A DNA stretch of 64,000 bases from an uncultured Gemmataceae bacterium (GTDB lineage: Bacteria; Planctomycetota; Planctomycetia; Gemmatales; Gemmataceae). Below the pieces are notes generated by a model, which saw only the letters and a list, made by a program, of their open reading frames with translations, had not been told where the DNA came from and did no database searches. Position 1 is the first letter of the stretch; the number at the start of each line of letters is the position of its first letter. Below, piece after piece: positions 1 through 9,841 of the stretch. A program made the position numbers and the translations under genes. The stretch lies in the NCBI GenBank assembly GCA_963750165.1, contig CAVVPN010000001.1, positions 352,001 through 416,000 of the forward strand. Direction: 5' to 3'.

Positions 1-1442
1 AGCCGGTCGAGGACTTCGCGGGCCTGCCGGAAGACGGCGGCAAGGCGCTGCCGCTGGGCGTCGGTGTCGCAGCGGGCAAATTGGATTACCCAGGCCAGCG
101 CGAGATCGAATTGCTTGATGAATTCAAGCACAGTGAATCGTGGGGCGAGGACGGGCCGATCCTCCAGGCGGACGAGCACAGGAGAAGTGTGGGCGACCGG
201 CCGCTCCGCACTGTCGTGCCAGCAACGGGCCGCTAGCCACCCATGCTGATCAACGGCAAGTTCCTGGTCCAGCGTCGCGGTACAGGGCGAACCACTGCCG
301 ACGCTGCTTGCGACCACGCCCCCGTTGGCCACCAGTTCCAGGCGGTCAAACGCTGTCAAACTACGGGCCTGTGCCTGAACGTGTACCGTTCGCTTTGCTG
401 CCGGCAGAGTGACGCGACCTCCCGGTTCCTGGCCGTCCACGGTGAGGGCCATCAGGGGGCCTTCTGTGGCGTAGGTGCGGCCCGCGCGTATAGCCTCGAT
501 CCAGTTTGAGTAAGTCAAATCCTCACCGGGGCGTAAGCGGGCGTAGGTCCGCACCCGCCCCAGAGGGCCTTTGCGCCGGCTACTGGCCTCGCAGAGCGGC
601 GCCCGGAGGCCGCAGTTCAGGAGGGCGTACCAGTCGCGGAGTTGTTCCAGCGCGCCGCACACGGCATCGATCTTCCCGAGGATCAAATCCGCCAGGGCCT
701 CTTCGACCGGCCGGCCTTCCGACATCGGCCACGGCCAGAAGTTCACCCAGACTACCAGGCCGCCTTTACGGTGGCACTGGTCACACCAGTCGGCGAGCGT
801 CCAGTTGTCTTGCGGACAGCCAAAGCACAGCGGGTATACGACGCGGTGGGCGTTGAGCAGGGCCAGTCGCCCCAGCAGGTCATGCGCGTTCAGCGTGTTG
901 ACGACCACGAGATGGCCGGGCAGGGCCAGGGCGGGTTGCTGTCCGCTGAATGCCAGCAAATTCTGCACGACGCGCCCGTCCTGGGCGGGCCGCTCCTCCG
1001 CCAGCAGGTTGACGACCGCCAGATCCTCGCCGGCTCCTTCCAGCAGGGCGCCATGGGGTGTCAGGTTGTGTGCCCCAAGTTCCCCGGAAAACCAACCCGC
1101 CGTGCGCTCATCGGTCCAGCGTTGAATCGCCAGGCGGAGGGCCAGTTTTCCGGGGCCGAGCCGGATCGTTTCCGCGAACGGCAGATACTCCGGCCCCTTG
1201 TGGATTTCGATGTGCACCGGGCCGACCGGCAGTTGGATTTCACAGGCGCCGTCGATGTAGGCGAATAACTTTCCGTCCACCCGGACGTTGCCTTCGCAGT
1301 CCCAAACGCCCAATCGCTGCAGTCGTCCGAACGGCGCATAATACGTCCCGTCCGGCCCCGTGCAGCGAATCCGCACCGGCGTCGGCTGCCCTGTGGCCGC
1401 GTCGTTGACGCGCAGATGCACCGTTTGAAGCGTCGCGCTCAC
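1..1442 (-). CDS. CehA/McbA-like (PHP-type metallohydrolase-related) protein, ~480 aa, runs off window start
   Basis: Not in the ORF track because there is no stop in the window. Manual translation from GTG at 1442, overlapping the upstream stop (GTGA): MSATLQTVHLRVNDAATGQPTPVRIR...KGPEY...WYALLNCG...GRVRTYARL...WIEAIRAGRTYATEGP...AHTSPV, typical family motifs. Confidence 0.65.
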   Translation of the reverse strand, partial: MSATLQTVHLRVNDAATGQPTPVRIRCTGPDGTYYAPFGRLQRLGVWDCEGNVRVDGKLFAYIDGACEIQLPVGPVHIEIHKGPEYLPFAETIRLGPGKLALRLAIQRWTDERTAGWFSGELGAHNLTPHGALLEGAGEDLAVVNLLAEERPAQDGRVVQNLLAFSGQQPALALPGHLVVVNTLNAHDLLGRLALLNAHRVVYPLCFGCPQDNWTLADWCDQCHRKGGLVVWVNFWPWPMSEGRPVEEALADLILGKIDAVCGALEQLRDWYALLNCGLRAPLCEASSRRKGPLGRVRTYARLRPGEDLTYSNWIEAIRAGRTYATEGPLMALTVDGQEPGGRVTLPAAKRTVHVQAQARSLTAFDRLELVANGGVVASSVGSGSPCTATLDQELAVDQHGWLAARCWHDSAERPVAHTSPVLVRLEDRPVLAPRFTVLEFIKQFDLALAWVIQFARCDTDAQRQRLAAVFRQAREVLDR

Positions 1443-2275
1443 TGGTACTTCGCCCCAACCCGGTCAAGAATCTGCTTGAACGCCACCACCGCCTGCGGGA
1501 ACAACTCCGGCCCTGTGGCCCCACCTTTCGCGTCGCCGCCGAGCAGGTGCGGCTCCAGCGTCGCGAATCCCGTGTAGCCCGACTTCACCGCGTCCGCCAT
1601 CACGTCGGCGATGCGGCCCTGCCCCGCGCCCGCGACGACGCCGTGCTTCTCGCCATGCACCCAGTCCTTGATGTGGAAGTGGACCGTGAAGGGCTTCGTC
1701 AGTTGCCAGGCGCGCCACGGGTCGAAGCCGTCCACGACGTAGTTGGCCGGGTCGTAGACTGCCGCCAGCGGCTGGCCGTCCACCTGTTCGTTGACCGTCT
1801 CCATCAAATCGCGGACGCGCTCCGGGTCGTCGCCGTAGATGCCGTGCTCGTTCTCGTGCAGCAGCCGCACGCCCGCCTGCTGCGCGATCTTGACCTTCTG
1901 CCACATGCGGTCGAGCACCTCGCGCCGCCAGTCGTCCCACTCGCCCTCTGGCGTCTTGTAGTAGCTGAAGATGCGGATGTTCGGCGTGTCGAACACTTGG
2001 CACAGCTCGACCGCCCGCTTGAAGCGCTGCAGGTGCGGCTCGAACGACTGGTCGATACTTACCTTGCCGATCGGCGAACCGATGGCGCTGAGGCGAAAGC
2101 CTTCGCGGTCCAGCAGCGACTTCAGCTCACGCACTTGCAGGTCGGTGAGGTCGAGGACGTTGGTGTGCAGGATCGAGCGCAGCTCGATGTGACGGACGCC
2201 GCAGGCTTTCAGCACGTCAATTTGCTGCTGCGGGTCGGGGGAGATTTCGTCGGCGAAGGCACTCAGGGTGAACAT
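1439..2275 (-). CDS. Sugar phosphate isomerase/epimerase (AP-endonuclease-2 TIM barrel)
   Basis: LSAFADEI, IRIFSYY, HENE, YDPAN, HIKD and TLEPHL metal-binding motifs. Confidence 0.85.
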   Translation of the reverse strand: MFTLSAFADEISPDPQQQIDVLKACGVRHIELRSILHTNVLDLTDLQVRELKSLLDREGFRLSAIGSPIGKVSIDQSFEPHLQRFKRAVELCQVFDTPNIRIFSYYKTPEGEWDDWRREVLDRMWQKVKIAQQAGVRLLHENEHGIYGDDPERVRDLMETVNEQVDGQPLAAVYDPANYVVDGFDPWRAWQLTKPFTVHFHIKDWVHGEKHGVVAGAGQGRIADVMADAVKSGYTGFATLEPHLLGGDAKGGATGPELFPQAVVAFKQILDRVGAKYQ

Positions 2276-2330
2276 GGATCGGCGCTCCCATTATCGTGCG
2301 ATGGGGTTTCTCAGGGCCGCGGTCCCAGCT

Positions 2331-2376
2331 GACCCCGTTTACGTTTCGCGCGGCGCCGCGAAACGTAAACGGGGTC
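2331..2376. repeat. Intergenic perfect hairpin (REP-like)
   Basis: gaccccgtttacgtttcgcg / cgcgaaacgtaaacggggtc, 20-bp perfect stem with 6-nt loop. Confidence 0.75.
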
Positions 2377-2416
2377 GAGAAGCGTTCGGGGTGAGAACAA
2401 CTTACCGCCCGGTTCG

Positions 2417-5400
2417 TTAACCGACAACCTTCAGCTGCACCTTGTTCGCCAGAAACGTCCGCTCGCCCGCGGAGCCGAAGCGAATCTTGACCTTGGCCAG
2501 CGCCCCGTGGCCGCTGACCGCCGTGATGCGGCCGCGGCCATAGGTCGCGTGCTCGACCAGCATGCCCTCCCGGTACGCCCCACCGCCGCCCTCCTCCTTC
2601 TTCGACCGCGGCGCCACGCCGGCATCGATCCAGCCCTGCTCCGCCGCCGGACCGCCGCCGCGCCAGGCGTCCATTGCGTGCCGCGTTCCGGCCGCCGCCG
2701 CGGACAGGTCAATCGTCTGCACGCGCTCCTGCGGCAACTCCTCCAGAAACATGCTCGGCACCGCGTACAGCGTCTGGCCGCGAAACTCGCGCAGCCGGGC
2801 GTGCGTCAGATACAATTCCTCCCTGGCCCGCGTCATGCCGACGAACGCCAACCGCCGCTCCTCCTCGACCTCCTCGTCCTTCGTCAGGCTGCGCTCGTGC
2901 GGCAAAATGCCCTGCTCCAGCGCGGCCAGGTACACGACCGGGAACTCCAGGCCCTTGGCCGCGTGCATGGTCATCACCGAGACGGTGTCCTGCTCCTCGT
3001 TCCAGCCGTCCACGTCGCTGGCCAGCGTGACGTTCTCCAGGAAATCCGCGACGGTGCGGTTAGCGTCCTCCTCGCTGAACTGCTTGGCGGCGGTGATGAG
3101 TTCTTCGATGTTGGCCAGGCGCTCGGCGTCCTCGGTGTCGGTGCTGTCCTTGAGCATGCGGCGGTAGCCGCTGCGGTCGAGCACTTCACGCAGCAGGTCC
3201 GCCGGCGGCCGCTCGATCAACTGGCGCAGCTCGGCGATCATGACGCCGAACTCGCGCAGCGCCGTCGCCGCCTTGCCCTTGATCTGCGGGATTTTCGCGA
3301 CCTCCGCGGCGGCGCTGAGCAGGCTCAGTTCGCGCGGCCCGGCGTAGCGCTGCAGGTGCTCCAGCGTCACCTTGCCGATGCCGCGGGCCGGCTCGTTGAT
3401 GGCGCGCAGGAACGACAGGTCGTCACGCGGATTGAGCAGCAGCCGCAGGTACGCGAGCACGTCCTTGTTTTCCTTGCGGTCGTAGAACGCCAGGCCGCGG
3501 ACGATCTGGAACGGCACCCGATGCTTGACGAACGCCGTCTCCAGCGTCCGCGACAGAGCGTTGATCCGCAGGAAAATCGCGATGTCGCGGTAGTGTCGTT
3601 TGTGCTGCTTGACACTCTCGAGGATGCGGCGCGCCAGCCCCTCGGCCTCGTCCATGCCGGTCTCGTAGGTGAGCAACGTCACCGGCTGGCCCTGCGGATT
3701 CTCGGTCACCAGATCCTTGGGTTTGCGCTGCTTGTTGTGCGCGATCAGCGTGCTGGCCGCGTCGAGGATGGCTTTCGTGCTGCGGTAATTGCGGTCCAGG
3801 GTGATGACGCGGGCGTCGGGGAAGTCGCGCTCGAAATCAAGGATATTACGGATGTCAGAGCCGCGGAACTTGTAAATGGAGTTGTGGACGACCAGGCCGT
3901 TGGCGACGAAATTATGCGTCTCCGGCACGGACAGGTCGTACACCGGCCCCTCGTAGTCTTCCCACTCCACGGACTCGACGCGCCGGTTCACCACCCGGCC
4001 GTCCACCAGCACTGGCACCGCCATGCCGGGTTGCAGGTGGCTGGCGGGCATGAAGGGGAAGGCGGTGTCCTGCGTCAGTCGAGCGCGGGGCACCAAGTCC
4101 GTGTCATCGAATTTGCCAATCTCTTCGGCCAGGGCAAGTCCGTCCGCGTAATGTTTGCGGGACGTTTCGATGCGCCAACTTCCCCGATTGCCGTCGCGAA
4201 CCGAGAATCGTGCCGCCGCCTTCGCACGCAACTCCTCGCCCGTGGTCACCATTGGAACGCGGTGGTAATGCCATTTTTGCAGGTCGGTGGAACGGTGATC
4301 GCCGAACAGCGTGAACAGTACGTACCGCCGCGCCCAGGTGCCGCGGGTGATGCCGCCCGGCCGGTGGTGCGGGTAACGGCGGTCCAGGTGCAGGTCGGCC
4401 ATCAGGCGCAGCGCCCCGGCCTCGGTGTCAATGTCGCGGTACAGCCGGTCAATCCAGTCCTGGGTCATCTCCATGCGCCGGCCGCGCACGAAGAACACCA
4501 TCGTTGGGATGCCGTAGCGGACGGAGTAATAATGCTCGTAAAACCGAGCCTCCGCCGCCGCCGGACAGGTTCGCAAAATCCAAATCGCGTCCGCCACCTC
4601 CTGATTGGTTCGGACTTGCAGCCCGGACATGATGATGCCGTCCTTGCTGGTCCGCACCCCGCGGGTGGTGCCAATGCGATAGCCGACGCCCCTCTTCCAC
4701 ATCAGATACGTGAAGTGCGTGGACGGTGAAGCGGTGAGCAGACCAAAGCAAAGATGGTTCGGCGTAGCGCGCACCGTGATGCCGCCCTCGACGTGCAGCT
4801 TCACCAGGCGGCCCCTGTACGGGTTCACCATCACCTTGTCGATCGGCATCGGGCCGGCATCACCCCAGCCGGTGCCCGAAGTCACCTCGTCCCCTTCGCG
4901 GAGCGTCTCGATGGGCCGCGGCCCTTGCGGGGTGGTTACCATCGTCCCCGGCGGCAGACACTGATCCGGGTCCCCGACCACGCACAGGTTCGGCTGATCG
5001 ACGGACAGCCCGCGGGCGATGGCGTACTGCGCCTTGTTGGTGTCCTGGTACTCGTCGATGAGCACGAAGCGGAAGCGGGCGTCGAGTTCCGCGCGCGTCT
5101 CGGGGTCGTTCTTCAGCGCCAGTGCCGGCCAGTAGAGCAGGTCGTCGAAGTCCATGGCGTTGGACTCGCGCATGCGCTTCTCGTAGTGCGGGTAGACGCG
5201 GGCCACCACCTGCGTGAAAAAGTTGTCCGCCTTGCTGGCGTACTGCTCCGGGCCGATCAACTGGTTCTTGGCCTTGCTGATGGCGCTCTGGATGGTCTCG
5301 GGGCTGAAGCGCGATTGGTCCACGTCGGCGGCGTCGAGGGCGCCCTTGACCACCTTGAGGCGGTCGGTCTGGTCGTAGATGGTGAAGTTGCGGTCCAGGC

Positions 5401-5710
5401 CGAAGCGCTCGCCGTACTGCCGCAGCAACCGCACGCCCAGGCTGTGGAAGGTGCTGATCCACACCGGACTGTTCGGCATGAGCGCCTCAACGCGGTGCCG
5501 CATTTCGCCGGCGGCCTTGTTGGTGAAGGTGATCGCCAGAATCTGCCACGGTTTGACGCCCTGGTCGATCAGCCAGGCGACGCGGCGCGTGATGACGCGC
5601 GTCTTGCCGCTGCCGGCGCCGGCCAGGATCAGCAAGGGGCCCTCGAAGTGGGTGACCGCCTCACGCTGGGCGGGGGTCAGGTCGGCGAGCAGGTCGGCGC
5701 GGCGGCGCAT
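2417..5710 (-). CDS. pcrA: UvrD/PcrA family ATP-dependent DNA helicase, intein-containing
   Basis: AGAGSGKT, FTNKAA, DEYQD, GDPDQ|SIY, NYRST, HAAKGLEF and EERRLAFVGMTRA motifs; C-terminal Tudor-like domain; likely start ATG 5710. Confidence 0.95.
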   Translation of the reverse strand: MRRRADLLADLTPAQREAVTHFEGPLLILAGAGSGKTRVITRRVAWLIDQGVKPWQILAITFTNKAAGEMRHRVEALMPNSPVWISTFHSLGVRLLRQYGERFGLDRNFTIYDQTDRLKVVKGALDAADVDQSRFSPETIQSAISKAKNQLIGPEQYASKADNFFTQVVARVYPHYEKRMRESNAMDFDDLLYWPALALKNDPETRAELDARFRFVLIDEYQDTNKAQYAIARGLSVDQPNLCVVGDPDQCLPPGTMVTTPQGPRPIETLREGDEVTSGTGWGDAGPMPIDKVMVNPYRGRLVKLHVEGGITVRATPNHLCFGLLTASPSTHFTYLMWKRGVGYRIGTTRGVRTSKDGIIMSGLQVRTNQEVADAIWILRTCPAAAEARFYEHYYSVRYGIPTMVFFVRGRRMEMTQDWIDRLYRDIDTEAGALRLMADLHLDRRYPHHRPGGITRGTWARRYVLFTLFGDHRSTDLQKWHYHRVPMVTTGEELRAKAAARFSVRDGNRGSWRIETSRKHYADGLALAEEIGKFDDTDLVPRARLTQDTAFPFMPASHLQPGMAVPVLVDGRVVNRRVESVEWEDYEGPVYDLSVPETHNFVANGLVVHNSIYKFRGSDIRNILDFERDFPDARVITLDRNYRSTKAILDAASTLIAHNKQRKPKDLVTENPQGQPVTLLTYETGMDEAEGLARRILESVKQHKRHYRDIAIFLRINALSRTLETAFVKHRVPFQIVRGLAFYDRKENKDVLAYLRLLLNPRDDLSFLRAINEPARGIGKVTLEHLQRYAGPRELSLLSAAAEVAKIPQIKGKAATALREFGVMIAELRQLIERPPADLLREVLDRSGYRRMLKDSTDTEDAERLANIEELITAAKQFSEEDANRTVADFLENVTLASDVDGWNEEQDTVSVMTMHAAKGLEFPVVYLAALEQGILPHERSLTKDEEVEEERRLAFVGMTRAREELYLTHARLREFRGQTLYAVPSMFLEELPQERVQTIDLSAAAAGTRHAMDAWRGGGPAAEQGWIDAGVAPRSKKEEGGGGAYREGMLVEHATYGRGRITAVSGHGALAKVKIRFGSAGERTFLANKVQLKVVG
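3881..4960 (-). mobile_element. Intein (360 aa) in helicase motif III with internal GIY-YIG-like domain
   Basis: Begins CLPPGT after GDPDQ, has block B TPNH and block F/G VYDLSV..HNFVANGLVVHN, followed by Ser (SIYKFRG). Confidence 0.93.
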
Positions 5711-5830
5711 GTGCGGTTCTCCGGGTAGAAGGGGGTTGGCGTCCTGCGGGAGCAATTCGGATTGTACAGCCGCGGCCGGCGTTTGCTAAGATCGAGCCAG
5801 GCAAACCCACTGGACTCGCGGGGCAGCGTT

Positions 5831-6244
5831 ATGGAAATTGTCGGCATCGGCACGGACATTGTGGAGTGTTTACGCATCGGCCGCATGATCGAGGAGCACG
5901 GCGAACTGTTCCTGACACGCGTGTTCACGGCCCGGGAGATCGGCTTCTGTCAGGCGCGGCGGACAGTGACGGAGCACTTTGCCGGCCACTGGGCCGCCAA
6001 GGAGGCGATCATGAAGTGCCTGGGCACCGGCTGGCGGCGCGGCATCGGCTGGACGGACCTGGAGGTGCGCAACAGTCCGGCCGGGCAGCCGCGCGTCTGC
6101 CTGCGCGGGGCGGCTCGCGACCTGGCCCGGCGGCTGGGCGTCAGCGACATCCTGCTATCGCTGTCGCACTGCCGCGCCTACGCCACCGCCACCGCCGTCG
6201 CGCTGCGCGGCACCCTGCCGGCGCCGCTGGAGCCGGAAGAGTGA
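5831..6244 (+). CDS. acpS: Holo-ACP synthase
   Basis: GIGTDIVE, WAAKEAIMK and LSLSHC motifs; start at ATG 5831. Confidence 0.93.
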   Translation: MEIVGIGTDIVECLRIGRMIEEHGELFLTRVFTAREIGFCQARRTVTEHFAGHWAAKEAIMKCLGTGWRRGIGWTDLEVRNSPAGQPRVCLRGAARDLARRLGVSDILLSLSHCRAYATATAVALRGTLPAPLEPEE

Positions 6245-6305
6245 TCCACCCACCCGAAGCGTCAGCGAGGGCCGCCCTCGCTGACGCTTCGGGTGGGTGG
6301 ATCAC
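6241..6305. repeat. REP-like palindrome between convergent genes (possible bidirectional terminator)
   Basis: 31-bp perfect stem gtgatccacccacccgaagcgtcagcgaggg with 3-nt loop; contains both stop codons. Confidence 0.8.
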
Positions 6306-6508
6306 TTCACCACGTCCTGAATGATCTGCCGGGCGATCTTGTACGCGGTCTTGATGCTGGTGGCCCGGTTCTCCATCTGGCCCTCGTTGAAGTACTTGCC
6401 CGCTTCCGACTCGGGCAGGCCGGCGATGGCCACGGTCAACGGCAACAAACTCATGAACTCACGGGCCTTCTGCGCCTGGCGATCGGCGCTGCCTTCGCTG
6501 GTGCTCAT
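6302..6508 (-). CDS. Small conserved hypothetical protein (68 aa)
   Basis: ATG with upstream GGAG; GC-biased codon usage. Confidence 0.7.
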   Translation of the reverse strand: MSTSEGSADRQAQKAREFMSLLPLTVAIAGLPESEAGKYFNEGQMENRATSIKTAYKIARQIIQDVVK

Positions 6509-6594
6509 CGGTTGATACTCCGTGCGTGTCTCAACTTGAAGTGGGGCGACCCCCGTAGACTACCGCAAAGGCCGGGGCCGCTCAAGCGGGTTGC

Positions 6595-7194
6595 TCACAG
6601 CTGATTGAGGCCGATACGGCGGTGCAGATTGTCCACCACCCAGTGAAAGGCGGTCAGGTGGATGGACTCGACGATGCCCATGTCGTCGAGCGGCACGTGC
6701 AGGCTCTGCTGGGCCAGCGTCCGCAGTTTGCCGCCAGTGAAGCCGGTGCAGCCGAAGGTGCGCAGGTCGTGGCGGTTGGCCCACTCGACGGCGCGAAGGA
6801 TGTTCGGACTGTTGCCCGAGCCGCTGATGGCGATGAGCAGATCGGCCGGGTTGGCCAGGTTCTTGAGCTGCTCGACGAAGACGCGATCAAAGCCCTCGTC
6901 GTTGGCCCAGGCGAGGATGTAGGGCGTGTTGTCGGTAAGACTGAGGATGCGCAGCCGTTTCTTGGCGTCGTTGTCGAAGTCCTCGCGTGTCAGCGTACAC
7001 TTGCCAAGATCCTCGCAGAAGTGGGAGGCGTTGGAGCCGCTGCCGCCGTTGCCGATCACGTAGACGGTGCGGCGGTGCTGGTAGCAGTCGAAAATCGCGT
7101 CGGCCAGCGCCCGAACTTCCGCGGGGTTGATGCGTGCCAACTCCTGGCTGACACGCTGCAAAAACGGGCTCACATCGAGATGAACGCCGAGCAT
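6595..7194 (-). CDS. gmhA: SIS-domain protein, phosphoheptose isomerase (GmhA)-like
   Basis: GNGGS, AWANDEG, ISGSGNSPN and ESIH motifs. Confidence 0.8.
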   Translation of the reverse strand: MLGVHLDVSPFLQRVSQELARINPAEVRALADAIFDCYQHRRTVYVIGNGGSGSNASHFCEDLGKCTLTREDFDNDAKKRLRILSLTDNTPYILAWANDEGFDRVFVEQLKNLANPADLLIAISGSGNSPNILRAVEWANRHDLRTFGCTGFTGGKLRTLAQQSLHVPLDDMGIVESIHLTAFHWVVDNLHRRIGLNQL

Positions 7195-7299
7195 CGGCAG
7201 GGTCTCCGGGGTCCACGGCCGCGCGGACTATGCGCGGCGTCGTCTCATCATAGCGAATGCCCCGGCGCCGGGGCCAGAGCGCCTGGCCGGTCGCACACG

Positions 7300-7776
7300 T
7301 CAGCGTTTCGCAGCGTTGGCCTTGGGGGCCTGGTACGTGCGCTGGTCGCGTGTGACGCGGCGGTCGGTGCGGCGGTCGTTGGGCGAGACGTTCAGCACGC
7401 GGATGGCCTTCTCGCTGTTGGACACCTTGAAAATGCCTTGCACCTTGCCGTTGCGGCCGCCGGAGCTGCAATAGGCATAGTCGATGTTGATGTGCTCCTT
7501 GGCCAGGATTTCGCAGACGTGGGCCAGCGCCCCCGGCTGGTTGCGCAGGTCCACCAGCAGCACCTCCGTCTCGGTACAGGGCGTGTTCAGCGCCTTGACC
7601 ACCTTTTCCGTCCTGTCGAAGTCCTCCGTAACGATGCGCAGGACGCTGTGCTCGTGCCGGTCCATCACGGTCAGCGCGATGATGTTCACCTTCTCTTGCG
7701 CCAGCGACGCCAGCACGCTGGCCAGGCGACCCGGCTTGTTTTCCAGGAAAATCGTGATCTGCTTGGTCGTTTGCAC
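7300..7776 (-). CDS. Tandem ACT-domain protein
   Basis: IFLENKPGRL..VNI and LRNQPGAL..INIDYAY, two ACT repeats. Confidence 0.85.
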   Translation of the reverse strand: MQTTKQITIFLENKPGRLASVLASLAQEKVNIIALTVMDRHEHSVLRIVTEDFDRTEKVVKALNTPCTETEVLLVDLRNQPGALAHVCEILAKEHINIDYAYCSSGGRNGKVQGIFKVSNSEKAIRVLNVSPNDRRTDRRVTRDQRTYQAPKANAAKR

Positions 7777-7904
7777 GGCGGCCCTCCTTCGTCATTGTTG
7801 CCGGCGCCGGCGGGCGGCCGGCGGCTTGGTAGACTTGACCCCAACCATTGTAAGTTGCCGCGCTCCACACGGCCAAGGAAAAGTGAGGGGGTAAGGGGGT
7901 GCGC

Positions 7905-8075
7905 CCAGGGCATGGTCGGCCGGCTCGTGGGCGACTTCTTTTTTGAGGCGGCGCCGGCCGCGGCCCAGCTGGTGCGGGCGACGCTGCCATCGACACACCA
8001 CAGGTCGTAATCGATCTGGCCGCGCTCGTCCAACTGGGTCTGCAGCGCCGCCAGGATGCGGTCGAGCAGGCCGCT
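7905..8075 (-). pseudogene. IS5-family transposase internal fragment
   Basis: GLLDRILAALQ..IDYDLWCVDGSVAR..AAGA, then an A6G slippery site and HEPADHALG in the next frame; no IS ends visible. Confidence 0.65.
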
Positions 8076-8291
8076 TTGGCGCAGAGATGCTCCTACGCCA
8101 GTTCGGTGTGACCTACGGCTCGCGGGCCAGGCGCCGCTGGTTCCTGTGGGAGTAGCGGAGGCCCTGATCCACCCCGTCACGGTCCTCCACCAGGGGAGGG
8201 AGAAAAATCAAGGCGCTCCCGTATCAGGTCCGCTTCCTCGTATATTAAGATCACAGGGAACGGTTTGGCCAAAAAAAAGTGGGAGGTGGTC

Positions 8292-9233
8292 GTGCGTCAG
8301 TGTCTCGTCACCGGCGGCGCGGGGTTCATTGGTTCACACCTGGTGGAGGGACTGCTGGCACGCGGCGACCGCGTGCGCGTGCTGGACGACCTCAGCACGG
8401 GTAAGCTCGCCAACCTGCAGGGCCTGGAAGAGCGCGTGGAGGTGCTGCGCGGCAGCATCACGGACGCGGCGCTGGCGCGGCAGGCAGTGCAGGGCTGCGA
8501 GGTGGTGTTCCACCTGGCGGCGCTGCCGTCGGTGGCGCGCAGCGTCGAGGAGCCGCTGGCGAGCCATGAGGCCTGCGCCACCGGCACGCTGCAGGTGCTG
8601 GACGCGGCCCGGCAGTCGGGGGTGCGGCGGGTGGTGTACGCGGCCAGCAGCAGCGCGTACGGCGACAATCCGGGGGCGGTGCGGCGTGAGGACGAGCCGG
8701 TGTCGCCGCTGTCGCCTTACGCCGCCGCCAAACTGGCCGGCGAATTTTACTGCCGCTGCTTCACGGCGGTCTACGGCCTGGAGACGGTGCGGACGCGCTT
8801 CTTCAACATCTTCGGTCCGCGCCAGGATCCGCGCAGTCCGTACTCCGGCGTGATCGCCATCTTCATCGCGGCGCTGGCCGAGGGCAAAACGCCGCGCATC
8901 GACGGCGACGGTTTGCAGTCGCGCGACTTCACCTACGTGGCCAACGCGGTGCAGGCGGTCCTGAAGGCAGCGGACGCGCCGGCAGCGAACGGCAACGTCT
9001 ACAACGTCGGCATCGGCAGCAGCACCAGCGTGCTCGACCTGGTGAAGCACCTCAACGAGATTCTCGGCAAAAACGTGCAACCGCTCCACGGCCCCGCCCG
9101 CGCCGGCGACGTGCGCCACTCGCAGGCGGACATCACGCTGGCGCGCCGCGACCTCGGCTATGAGCCGACCGTCCCCTTCCCCGAGGGGCTGCGGCGCACC
9201 GTGGAGTGGTATCTGGCGACACAGGGCGGATGA
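8292..9233 (+). CDS. NAD-dependent epimerase/dehydratase (UDP-sugar 4-epimerase, extended SDR)
   Basis: VTGGAGFIG, YAAAK, FNIFGPRQ and RDFTYV motifs; GGAGG before GTG 8292. Confidence 0.9.
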   Translation: MRQCLVTGGAGFIGSHLVEGLLARGDRVRVLDDLSTGKLANLQGLEERVEVLRGSITDAALARQAVQGCEVVFHLAALPSVARSVEEPLASHEACATGTLQVLDAARQSGVRRVVYAASSSAYGDNPGAVRREDEPVSPLSPYAAAKLAGEFYCRCFTAVYGLETVRTRFFNIFGPRQDPRSPYSGVIAIFIAALAEGKTPRIDGDGLQSRDFTYVANAVQAVLKAADAPAANGNVYNVGIGSSTSVLDLVKHLNEILGKNVQPLHGPARAGDVRHSQADITLARRDLGYEPTVPFPEGLRRTVEWYLATQGG

Positions 9234-9312
9234 CCAGGTGACAAGGTGACAAGGTGACAAGGTGAAAAAGAAGGGTTCTTTCTTTCACCTTGTCACCTGG
9301 TCACCTGGTCAC
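9231..9312. repeat. Inverted array of 8-bp tandem repeats (GGTGACAA / TTGTCACC)
   Basis: tgaccaggtgacaaggtgacaaggtgacaaggtg...caccttgtcacctggtcacctggtca. Confidence 0.75.
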
Positions 9313-9361
9313 AATTTCCCTCGACACGGAATATTTTCCGGATTGTGCCGTCTTCCCTCCG

Positions 9362-9841
9362 ATGACCCCGCACGACTTCGCACGCCTGGTGGACGCCCAC
9401 GGGCCGCCGCTGGTCCTGTTCGCGCGGCAGTGGTGCGCCACGCCCGAAGATGTCGTGCAGGACGCCTTCCTCAAACTGGTCACGCTGCGGCAGCCGCCGC
9501 GGGACGCCATCGCCTGGCTGTACCGCGTCGTCCGCCACGGCGCCATCGACGCCGGCCGCGCCGACCGCCGCCGTCAGCGCCGCGAGGCCGCCGCCCGGCC
9601 CACTCACTGGTTCGTCGAGCCGGAAGTGGACGGCCTGGACGCCGCCGCCGCGGTCGCCGCCCTGGAGCGCCTGCCAGGAGAACAGCGCGAGGTCATCGTC
9701 GCCCGCCTTTGGGGCGGACTGAACTACGAGCAAATTGCGGAGGTGGCGGGCTGTTCCGCCAGTACCGCCTGCCGCCGGTACAGCGCAGGCATCGCCGCCC
9801 TGCGCCAGGAGCTGGGATGGCCATGTCCGACAACTCCCTGA
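9362..9841 (+). CDS. ECF RNA polymerase sigma factor
   Basis: EDVVQDAF..AWLYRVVR (region 2) and LPGEQREVI..LNYEQIAEV (region 4). Confidence 0.85.
   Translation: MTPHDFARLVDAHGPPLVLFARQWCATPEDVVQDAFLKLVTLRQPPRDAIAWLYRVVRHGAIDAGRADRRRQRREAAARPTHWFVEPEVDGLDAAAAVAALERLPGEQREVIVARLWGGLNYEQIAEVAGCSASTACRRYSAGIAALRQELGWPCPTTP

Noticed and set aside
64..1408. Plus-strand ORFs listed in the first 1.4 kb
   Set aside because: The real gene is on the minus strand (1442 to beyond position 1) and was missed by the ORF track because it has no stop in the window.
2507..4729. Long antisense ORFs (e.g. 2507-4729, 14694-16085, 44025-45719, 50519-52453, 57566-59143)
   Set aside because: Shadow ORFs opposite well-supported genes in high-GC DNA, with no recognisable motifs.
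9231..9312. Mini-CRISPR or iteron array
   Set aside because: 8-bp tandem units in inverted arrangement without spacers; an ordinary intergenic repeat.
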